Assembly (NCBI RefSeq): GCF_000002075.1
Contig: NW_004797330.1
Location: 254,911-318,910 of the forward strand
Direction: 5' to 3'
Length of the DNA: 64,000 nt
Origin: Aplysia californica
Taxonomy: Eukaryota
Notes under the pieces: model-generated
The model's input: only the letters and a program-made list of their open reading frames with translations
Database searches by the model: none
What the model was told of the DNA's origin: nothing
Program-made: the position numbers and the translations under genes
Shown here: piece by piece, positions 10,129 to 22,100 of the stretch
Layout: each line of letters begins with the position of its first letter
How positions within the stretch are numbered: position 1 is the stretch's first letter

Positions 10129-13100
10129 GTGGGTGTTTCCCCTGGTCTTGTGATCCTTGGATTAATGTGATTGAAAATAGACTGGCAGTTAAAATTATTT
10201 TGCACAAATTTAAAATGTTTTGCTGTTATGGACCGAAATCAGTGTTATATAGAGTCTAGTTGTTTGATTTGGAACGTTTCAGATCAGAGTACAGCAATTT
10301 TACCAAGTGAATCATGTTGTGGTGTTGTCGGTGTTTCTCCCCCACCCCTGTCCTGGCCCTGGGGCCTGTGGGCTTGATTTACACACAGACTAGGCTATAC
10401 ACTGTTGTAGTATAGTAACCTAGAAGATGTTGAAGTGTACTGTAGTTGTAGTACTAAGAAGTGTAGTGATGGAGTGTAGATCTAGATCTAGATCTAGATC
10501 ATGTAGTAAGTCGAAGTGACTATTCATTCGGACTCAAGTCCGAATAGAGAAAAATTATATTCGGCATTCGGACTCTGAATTGAGTCCAGCATGACGTCCG
10601 TTCCGACTTCCGATCCGTGTGTGAAGGTGGTGGGGCTGGCCTAGGGAAGTATGATGGAGAAAGAAAAAGTTTTTAGTAAGAGAAAGAGAGAGGAAAAGTA
10701 AGAGGGGAGGGGGGGGGGGGGGCGTCTTATAATAAGGACTGATTATGAATTTTATGTTTTGATCCCTTTGTAGTCGTGAAACACAGTGTAATAGCCTACA
10801 AATAGTTTAAAGTCCGAATAGCAACGGGAGACTATTTGGACTCGAGTATAGACCTTCTTACGGTACAACCGGCGCACGCGCACTGGAAATTGAGTCAGAA
10901 TAGCCTCCAGCGGCTGTTCGGAATTGAGTCAGAATAGCCTCCAGCGGCTGTTCGGAATCGAGTCCGAATAGCCTCTTCGTATTCTCACCCGGATGTGAAT
11001 AACCACTTCCAATTCCAAAATGTTATAAACACCCTGGAAACCTTGTAACCAATCAGTAGATCAGCAAGTGTGAAATTTTATCAAGCGAAACACATCGATA
11101 CGGATACGTCAAGCCACTGACCCAACATGTCGTCCATGCAGTATTTCCAAAGATTCTCTCCTCTATACCATCTTTGGTATCTCCATGGCCTTCAAAAAAT
11201 AGTCTGTGGGTATCCCATAGATGACATCACATTACTAAAATTAGCCGCCAATCAGGCAGGTGGGTCGTTCTACGTTTAGCTGCATATATATGTGTGTTGA
11301 GCAGTATACACTAGATCCTTCCTTTAGTTGTAGACTTTTAATAGTAGGTTCAACACCCCTTGCCTTGCAAAAATAAAGGTTAATAAGCTGTGCAGGTGTG
11401 AGGCTGTATGGGTAGCTCATTCATATACATATAGTAGTTTTATAGCCTGATGCTCTCAATTCTCAACTCTAGATAATGATGGGCATGTTTAGTTTTCCAC
11501 TGTGTGCGAAAGATGATTTCTGATTTGATTTCGAGACAGTTAATCGTAAAGTTATATTGGGACTAATCCAGTTTTGGCCCCAAAGATTAATATACTACCC
11601 CACTATCTGACAAGGAAGTTGCTATTTTAACCCCAGGTGAGATAAAAATACGATCGACCTCTCATCCCAGATGAGACTTGCCAGTGTTGGCTATTCTCAC
11701 CCGGTGCGAAACAAGACCTGTTTTTCTTAATTTCTGAATGCTGTCTATCGGTGTGAGTGAATGATCAAATTGACAAAAACAGTGAAAAAAAATGATGCTA
11801 TAGAGCACAAAAGTTAGATGCTACGGCTATTTCACTTTTATTGAATGGAGCCGAACTACGCCGGTCGCCATTTTGTATGCCCGGAAGTTCTCGCTACTCC
11901 TTCTCTTCCTTTCTCTCTCTCTTTCCCTTTCTCTTTCTCCCCCCCCCCCCCCATGCATCTTTCTCACTGTCCGCAGACAAAATTGCATGATTTCAAAACG
12001 AGCGCTGGTATGTTTGTTTAAACTGGTATCATAGTGAACGCACACTGGGTGAGAATAGTCAGAAGGTCTCATCCCGGGTGAGAGGCCTACAACTACAACT
12101 GCGCTATTCTCACCCCCGGCTGAGAATAAAGGTGGCCAATCCTGCCTCTACCCCCAGCCCTAACCCATAAATATAAAGTTGCTTTTTATTTTTCCTACTC
12201 GATTATTACTATTGGGGCCAAAACTGGAGATTGCCTCAAATTTGATCAGGCTTGTGGAGACAGTTTTTAAATTTTATTTTTGGTAAGTGTTTACGGCGCT
12301 CGCAACTGCATGAGGTCATATGAGCGCGCGGGACACATTTAACTTTTTCAGTTGGTAGGGAATTTTGAATTTTGCATAGGTGGCAGCCGAAACCTACTCT
12401 TATAGATTTTAGACCTCCTGAAGTGACTATCTTTAACGTGCGCAACTTGCACACAAGACCTCCAAGATTTTTCGCCAGAGAACGCTAGGTGTAGATCTTT
12501 CCTACCAGAAGAAATCAGGGGTGTGGCTGAAAGACAAGAGTAAGAAGGAGTCAAGGAGTAGCAGTAGAAAGGCTAGAAAGAGTCAGGAGCCCAGAGGAGG
12601 TCGTAGAGGGGGTGGGGGCAGGAAGAGGAGACAAAAGCAGATAACAGAACATTGCTAGAGAGCGGGAAAGGAGGTGAAAGGAGACATTTTTGGAGAAGAA
12701 ATTTTTTTTTTTCAGTCGCTACCCGGATTCGAACCCGGGACCTTTGAATGAGAGTCCAACACCTTTACCTGGTGTTTTTATTTTTGAATGAGCTGACTGT
12801 CAATGTAAGTTGAGGACCTGGATCACATGTAAAAATGGTGGAGAGTTATTTAACATAATGAGAGGTAGCCATGTGATTGACAGTAGGGTAAGTAGTAAAA
12901 ATTTCTCAAAGTTGGCCATGTTATTTTCGTAGCAGTTTAAGTGTTTTTAGTGATGATGTTCATTTGAATCATAGATGCATGCAGAAATCTACACGGTTTA
13001 GAAACTGTGTTTGTCTCTCACTATTTGTGCTAACATTTTATTGCAATTCTGACCCACAAGACTAAAGTTGGTATCATAGTACTCCTTTGTTTTTCATTAA

Positions 13101-16100
13101 TTTTTACTGTTTTTCCTCCCGTACACCAGCCGAGCACACCTCAGTTGTCACCGCAGGAGGAGCAGGAGAAGTTGCTGGAGGAGGCTCTTGGTGTAGTGAA
13201 GACACAGGCATTTCAGATGAAAAGATGTCTGGTGAGTGAATTTACTTCAGACAGATCGTGGCTTGGAATTTGGAGCCCGGTCTATACTTTGCATTTATTA
13301 GATATATTGTGGACTGGTTTCTTCTATTTGTTGCACGAGGAAAATCCTGTGGAAGAATTGGGCTCGATTTAGTCCGCATATTTTTCCTTAAAATCTTTTC
13401 ATGGGAAACTTAGCCTATCTATAATAGACTTACAAAGATAATGATGATCTGATATTTTAATGTGTGGTTCAGTGAGGGTACTTAATTTCTGTTGACATTT
13501 ATTATTTTCAGGACAAAGGTCGGTTGATGGATGGTCTAAAGCATGCTTCCACAATGTTGGGAGAGCTAAGAACATCTCTGCTGTCTCCTAAGAGCTACTA
13601 TGAATGCTGTATCCTTTATTTGAAATAGAATGGATAACATTTATATTCCATTTTTTGTTTATCTCCATGGAGNNNNNNNNNNNNNNNNNNNNNNNNNNNN
13701 NNNNNNNNNNNNNNNNNNNNNNNNNNNNNNNNNNNNNNNNNNNNNNNNNNNNNNNNNNNNNNNNNNNNNNNNNNNNNNNNNNNNNNNNNNNNNNNNNNNN
13801 NNNTTGTTGAATACTGCAAATGTGTTGAAAAATGATAGTCCTGTCAAAACATGTGCATTGGTTTTTGATTTTGCTACATCAAAACTGACTTCCACTTTGG
13901 ACATAAATCATGTCTGTCATTGGGCAAGAACTATAAAAATGAACTGACTGTGAATAACGTAGAAAGCATAATATTATGCTGTTGTTGCCTGAGTAAACTT
14001 AGGATTCTAGAGGTTGCTTAAATAAGCATCCTACATCTTGTTCTTTGGACCCTGTGACTCTTGTTTCTTTTATTACTTTGTCTATGACTTTAATTTTGTT
14101 TTGGATTTTGTTCCTCTTGATTTGCAAACGGATGTTAACATCATGTAGTGTGCTGTGTGCTGTGTGCTGTATTTTTTTAACCAACACCAGACATGGCCAT
14201 CTCAGATGAGCTGCGTCACCTGGAGATGTACCTTGTTGATGAGTTTCAGAAAGGACGCAAGGTCGCTGATCTTTATGAGCTTGTGCAGTATGCTGGCAAT
14301 ATTGTGCCTCGCCTGTGAGTGTGTTATATTTTTTTGCAGCTTAAAATTGATACAGAAGTAGTAAATGGGCAGTTAATGTTTTTTGGTCAGGGCATTAATG
14401 TCAAGCAGCTTTGCGGGCCAAGGGCTTCTGTGAGGCTTTTAAGATGTATGTTATCTGTTGTGTATGGGGAGTGTTGATTCTTTGCATATAAATGAACAGA
14501 AATGTTCTAATTTTCCATACTTAAGATGGTTGTGGTTACCACTCAAGAGTTGCTTGATCAGCAGGAAGGCTCTTACATGTGTCTACCTTTGATTACAAAC
14601 ATGTGGATACTTACTAAGGTATCGTATCCAAACAAAAAGTATCCCTGTGCCACAAGTTTGTCTGTTGAATGCATATGTCTGCTAAAGATATATTGTGACC
14701 ACATCATTCCCCTACCATATGTCTGGTTCAAAGATATGTACCAACCAAAGCTGTTAAAGTACTTTTAAAAAGGTACTTTAGTACAAATTTAAGTACAATG
14801 TAAAAAAGTTTACTTAAGTACATTTTAAGTACTTTCCTGTAAAATGTACTTGAGTACAAGTACTTTTTAAAAGAGTACTTATGATTACATTTTGAGTACT
14901 TTCTGCTAATATGCTAAATCACTTCAGTGCAAATATGCAAAACATCATATTGAATAACAGATCCAGTATATTTGACAAATTAGACCATTTATTACTAAAA
15001 ATGTATACAGTTTACAAAGCATTTGAATATATACACTGAACATATGTGTAAATGGTACATAACATTGAAAAAACCCCAACACCCTCTGCATCTATTTTTA
15101 AAAACACGAAAAATATGTCACACTTCAGGAAAGCTTAAGAAATATAGAATCTATTGGCTAGGTCTGAAAGACCGTCTAATTCCCTTTCTATTGGTATGTA
15201 ATATGTCTATCAGAAACAGATAGATTATTGCAGGAGGCTCGAGAGCAAAAAGTCAAGATATGAAATTTCCAGATTCTAGGGCAATAACTAGGAATTGAGG
15301 GATGTACTAGAATGGCTTTCATTTCTTTATTTTCCTACAGAATGGTGTATCTTTGACACATAATATGCAGAACTGAATGCACTTTTCCATGAAATAATTG
15401 TAAACTCTAAATTCTCACTTTTTTCCCCATTCTTTGTGACTGTAGGAAAAGGGTGATTTCTGTTTTTATTTCTATTTTTAGAAACAAGAAAAAAAGGTCT
15501 CACTTCAAGACAGCTTGACAAAAATAAAATCTATTGGCTACGTCTGAAAGACCGTCCAATTCCCTTCCCATTGATATATTATAATATGTCTATCTGGAGT
15601 AGATAGATTATTGCATGAGGCTTGAGGGTATGGAGGACCCCTGAAACATAAATAAAAAGCCAAAATAGGCAAAACTGCTGGGAGCAATGCAAAAGTTACT
15701 TTTTTTAAAAAGTTAAAAAGAAATTTAGGTAGCCTAAAAAATTGTTAGATCTACATTGAGAACTCAGTTTCAGTTGATTATAGTGGTAAGTGAAGACATT
15801 GTGGTCTGCTGTAATTGCAAGCAAATTCGCAAAACATCATTGTACTTGTACTATAGTGCAGTCAAAAATTCGTGGCTCAACTTATTGTCAAATATCTCCT
15901 CAACTATCGAACATAGCTTCTCCTATTTTTGCCCAATGACTTGTATTAATTTGTCTTAACAGATCTACATTTTTGTAAACACCTGCTAGCTGTATTCTAG
16001 AAAATTCCTTAATAAATACATGTAGTAATAAAAAATCCAAGTGGGTGGTTGCTACAGATTTTTAAATGTTTACATCTGAGGCAATATTACTTTTAATAAC

Positions 16101-19100
16101 AAGTCTGTCATGTTTTTCTAATCGGGACATTATGCTTATTGAACACATGTTTTGAGAACCATTAGTGCAAAAAATGTGTTCTCTATAAAATTAATTTCTT
16201 GTAACACGTTTTTCCACAAAAAATTGTCATTGATGAGCTGTGACATAGGCCATATGCGTAATCAAAATGTGTGAGAAGCGGTAAGTGCTGGGAACAATCC
16301 CATTTTACGTGTGACAGATATTTGAAGTATTTTATATAAATTTATGAAGAAAAGTTTTTAAATCGAGCCTCAATTGTTCTGGAAAAATTTGATCAAGTTA
16401 AGACAAATTGATAAAAACTGCTGTCCAAAGTATGGATGACATTGATGAACCTGTTAAAGAGATATTTGAGAATAAGTTGCTTCACGAATTTTTTGACCGC
16501 ACTGTAGGGAATGCACCCTTTTGGTAAGGCTAGGCCTAGGGACTGGGGAAAAGAAAGAAAACACGACAACACTAGGCCAGATTTTGGTCACACTATGTGG
16601 CCCGCTGCGCCCACAGCAAACCAGAATAGTTTCATGGAGTCTAGTGAGTGTAGTGTAACCAAAGATTCTCTTCTACCAGTAGAGAGTCTTTGGTGTAACA
16701 AGCCAATGGCAACGTATTACTAAAGACCAAAGGGGCGTGCGTTTAATTTGCTTCAGGGCCACAAAAACAAGGGCTGTTTCTCTAAATAAGCTGAACTCTG
16801 CAAAAAATAACGAAGTCGAAAATCAATGCGAAATTCTTTCTGTTTGCCGGCACTTACCCTTTCATTAAGCCTCAAAAGTACTCAAAATGTCCTTAAAAAA
16901 TACTCAAAAGTACTTTTATAGAAAGTATCGAAGTAGAGTAAAGTACTGGTTCTCAAAAATGTACCAGAGTACAGTAAAAGTACCGAAAATTGTAACGTAA
17001 GTACCAGTACCGGAGTTACAACAAGCCCTGGTACCAGCATTGTTTAACATAATATGGTATGTTAAGTTTTTGAAATGGCTCTGTGAACCCGTGGCATATT
17101 CCTTAATGTGAACGATGGAGCATGGCCAATGAAATCTCAAATCTGCACTGAATTGACCACTTTGAGAATCTTTTTCTGACACTGTTAATATACTTTAGTG
17201 TCAGTTGTTGTGATGGACATGTGGTCACAACATAGTTTGTAGAGTTAAGTTAGAGAGCATTTTGGAAAAATACAGATGTTGCGGAGGATTACAAACATTC
17301 AATTTGTGGGACTGAAATCTATGCAATTTGCATTACAGAAGTCTGCAACTTTTACAGATGAAAATGAAAAAAAAAAAATGCTGGGCATGCCAAGGAGGTG
17401 CTTCCCCTGAAATGTGATACATCTAAGACTAGATTGTGTGTAGATGTCTACAATAGCTCGTCATTTTGTTCATTTTAAAACAGGTATCTACTGATTACAG
17501 TTGGCACAGTATACATAAAATCCAATGAATTGTCACGGAAAGACATTCTGAAGGACTTGGTCGAAATGTGCAGAGGTGTGCAGCATCCGTTGCGTGGGCT
17601 CTTTTTGCGCAACTATCTCCTGCAGTGTACTAAGAATGTTCTGCCCGACTCCCATGAAGATCAAAGGTATGTTGCAAAGTCAGAAATGAGGGTTTTTCTG
17701 TAGATAAACCTTCTCGCAGCGGGCTTTGAAATTACTCGTTGTCTTATTTTGTTCTTATTCTTGAAAGAAACCAAAAGTTTAGAAGATCATCATCCTAGAA
17801 TGTTCAATGTCACCCTATTAAGTTTTTTTTTTTTTAAACCAATGATTGACAGTGCAAGTGCAAAATTAGAAAAATATTATATATAGATATATATCTACAA
17901 ATTTTGCTTGTGTTCAAAGGAACAGGATATTCTAAATTTTTTATTTTATAGTTACTTTTTGTTTTAACTTGATATCCTTTCATGTTGATATTAATGCGTT
18001 TTGCTTTAGACTGTCTAACATCAAATCAGCAATTGTTATTCAACTCCTACTTGACTTTAAAGCAGAGGCAGCGAGAGAAGCAAGAAAATAAAAACAGTCA
18101 AATCTTGACATTGGCCCAACAAACCACAAGTGCTCTGTTTAAGATTATTCTCAAACAGAATAGCCCTTTAAGTGAAGCCATAAGAAGGCATTAACCGACT
18201 AACAGCCTGTTTAAGAAGATAAGCACACTACTTTAAGAATAAGAAATACGTTGCTATCTGTGGTGAATTGTGGCGTCTGTGGTCATTACAAATTGCTTGT
18301 GATTCTTTCCTTTATTTTACTCTCTTTACCATGCTCATTTCATGATGGACGAACTATTAGGATTATTATTATTATTGCTCGACTGTAAGGCATTGCAGCA
18401 AAAAGATATTTGTACGTGCATTTTATGATCAGAAAGAATAAAACTGGAAGAATTATTTATAGAATAAGGTTCCGTTCAAACTGCTGGCAATATGTACTGG
18501 ACATCTTTGAAAGAAATTAAGTATCATCTTTTATTATTGAACTATATAATTTAGTGAATAAGTTATTCAGAAACAAATTAGGGGCAGTGTTGGCAATGAA
18601 GTATGAACTGTATTCAAAGAACTTGCAACATGTTTCAATGTACAAAATATTTATAACTCATGCTTTTAGCCGGTGGAAGTGGAGGATCTACTGGTATGAA
18701 CAACTTCTCGTTATGCATTTTTGAAGTTTTGTATAAACATTTTACTAGTATAAAACATTGTTAAATAACATAATTACCGGTATTTCGCCCCCTTTCTTTT
18801 TTGGGGTTGAGATAAATGATATTTGTGGATTGTAACTGTAACATTTTATTTTTCTCACTAATTTTTAATGAAATAACAGTTACTCTAAGCTCTTTTTTTC
18901 ACGATTTGTTTCTGTATATTAATCAGGATAACAGCTATAATGAGGGAAACAAACATAATGTAATAGGCATTTGCTGTTATGTCAAAAATGGAATTATGGC
19001 ATAATTATGAGATGAAATTGGGCTGCTTTGATCATATTTCCACCACTTGACAGTGCAGAGTTTGAATAAAGGTAGGGAATGGGATGTGATATATCACAGG

Positions 19101-22100
19101 AGAGGCGAAGAGATTTTGCTTGGACAGAGGCTGTATTTGGATAATGAAACAAAAGCTCAACTTTTCACTTGAGAATTATCTGGAAAACTGGATATGTTCT
19201 GAGATTTAAGTTTGTGCTTAAATCCGCTGAGGTCTCTCATTAGGTTGTTTGTGGATACTTTAATAATGCTTATTTCTCATTTCTTTTTCAGTATAGCTTT
19301 CCTTTTTGTGTACTTCCCACGTGATGTACTAGTGTCAGTAGCACATTGAAATTTCCCACTTCACTCATTGCAGATCACCCACTCAATAATCGTAAAATAG
19401 TGAATTGGCGCTCATTTGACCTTATGCAATTGCGAGCGCCGTAAAACCCTCTACTATAAATTATTTTTTTTTAAACAGTGAATTACTTTCAAGCTCTCCT
19501 GAAAAATGAAGCTAGAAGGGTGAATTTCCCAAAGCATAAGAAATATCTAGCTTTCGGTTTATCAAGTTTTGTGATGAAGACTCAAAATTGATCAAAATTA
19601 AAAGAAATTTTGAAGTTCTGATACAATTTATGCACCGTTATAATATTTATACTTGAAATATTTGATCAATGTAATGGTATGATGTTACATTGTATTGTCA
19701 CAGAAAAAACCTAGCTGACACTGATTCGACTTGACAATTTATTTCTCTTTTGTTTTCAGTGTGGAGGGTATGGGTGAGTCTGGCACCGTGATGGACTCTG
19801 TGGATTTCATACAGCTGAACTTTGCGGAGATGAATAAATTGTGGGTGCGCATGCAGCACCAGGGCCACTCCCGCGATAAGGAACGACGGGAGAATGAGCG
19901 TAGAGAGCTGCGTATTCTGGTGGGAACAAATTTGGTGCGCCTCAGTCAGCTGGAGTGCATTGATGTGGAGAGATTTAAACAGGTGGGATAGTTTCTGTTT
20001 TGAGCAAAATAGGGGACTAGTTGAAATGATTCAGCTTCAGGGGGACTTACCTTGCGGCCTGGACCCAATATTTTCATTGTTTTCAGGCAATTATGCTGTG
20101 TCTTACATCCAGGTCTAGATATAGACCATAATACACAATGCATTGAGTGCTCAGCCAGACAAGTGTTGAATGAGCATCATGGTGTAAATTATGTGCTTCT
20201 AGTAACTCTGACTTTGAACTGGATTTAAAAGCCAATTTGCCACTGGTGAGCTTTCACAGAGAAAATATGAGGAAGAAACCAATCGTGAGCTGGTACATGG
20301 TGTTTGCAATTAAGAATTTTTAAACAACAGGATGCAGCTCTCAACCCCCAAACTGTATATCTGTCTCGCCCACTCAATATCAGTCGTAAGATGCAGTGTG
20401 CTATTATCAGCTACGAGGCTCAAAAGGCAAAAACGTGACTTTCCTGGAAATTTTTGTTTTTTGGATCGATTGAAAGTTTGATGTCTTCTACTTCATTTAA
20501 GATAAAAATAAACGACTATAATTGACTATAAATGTCAAACCTCTATCTCAATTCTAAGACCCCCATTGCTATGGAACCATGTTGCTTAACTTTGGAGACC
20601 ATTTTCTCCTTTTCGTGTTTCCTCACCTCGCACAATTAAACATTCTGTATTTTCGTCAAATATGGTCATATTTACATAATTTTTGTTTTAAATTGAAGGG
20701 AAAAGGTGATAGTTTTTGAAAATAATGTCAACTCAGTTTTGAAATTTCCTTCGTATGACTGATATTGACCGGCAGGGACACATATGTCGTGGGCCACTGC
20801 CGTATATAGACTGTGGCTCCAGCAGCTCTTAGTGTGGTAATGCTGAGTGAGCTCAGTGTGAGTTAGGTGACAGTCTTGCTTCTACTGAAGTCTGATAATA
20901 GATTGTTAAAAAATCTGGTGTGAGTTTGTTAGATAGTGATTTAACATCTTGTTACCTGCTTTACTACAGTGGTTAGCTTTCTTTCAACAGCAGTATCCTT
21001 GTTATAGAGACAGTTTTCTTTGCTTACTTTTTTTATACAGTTCTGTCTAGTTTGTCTGTAATTTCTGCTGTGAAATATTCTATCTTCTATCCATAAAAAA
21101 TAAAATTGGAATCTACTTTCTTCTTCCCAGAACGTGTTGCCAGGCGTGTTGGAGCAGGTGGTGAACTGTAAGGATGCCATCGCCCAGGAGTACCTCATGG
21201 AATGTATTATTCAGGTCAGCCAGTGCATATATGTTTTAAATTAGAAGACCAGCATTTTGATTTGAACTGCTTGTAACTCTTCATGTACGAAATTGTAGAA
21301 AATTTTTTTTGACTCTGCAGATTTTCCTTTTGCTGTATATGTTGAAAACTGCTCTCTGTTATCCAGCAGGATTACTTCTTTATTAAGATGAATTTTGTGC
21401 CCATAAACTTATTGATTGTTCAGGCTCTTCTGTTTCTGTCATCTCAAGCCCCATAGCTGCCACTATTCTGCTAAATTTGTGAAACTTCGCTTCATCTAGC
21501 TTTTCGCGCTACTTTCCTCCTTTCTCCGCTCGATACTTTTTTCTTTACACGCGAAAAACACCGAACCGGGAGAGAGATGAAAAAGTAGCTTGCGCAGGTC
21601 TGCCCGTAGCTTTCTACTTCCATTCTTCTGTGCTTGCCTGGCACTAGTTTCACATTGTTTATTGTGGAGCTACAGTGTCGATCGAGCATCGGGACGATGG
21701 CGCGCCGAGTTGTACTTGAAAATGGCGGAAATTCAAGAGAAATTGATGCAGAATGCTAAAATAAAAGGAGCTGGAATGAGAAAGAAGCAGATGGTGTGCG
21801 ACTTGAAAAGTTTATTAGAAAATTGAACAAGCCACCTGCTGCTCTTTGCGGTAGGCACGATAAAGAAATTGCTCAGTACAGTGGCAAAGGTGTTGCCTCC
21901 TTGATCCAATACTGCTCTACAATCTACATGGATGTACAAGTTTAAAGTGAAAGAAATTTTTTTATGAGACACCAGCTAGCAACAAACACTGGATTTCTAG
22001 TCACCAAACTTTGTCAAATGCTTGTTAGTCAACTTAATGTCTTGGATGGTTTTTTTCAAATACATTTTAATTCAGTAGCCTATGGTTAACAAATATGAGT

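Noticed and set aside
10887-10975. CRISPR-like palindromic 34-bp repeats
   Set aside because: No unique spacers, no cas genes, eukaryotic context.
12715-12772. tRNA gene
   Set aside because: Only anticodon-like and T arms; the acceptor stem and D arm are missing, so a SINE head fits better.
19571-19621. C/D box snoRNA candidate (GTGATGA...CTGA)
   Set aside because: Only about 51 nt, very AT-rich, no recognisable rRNA guide.
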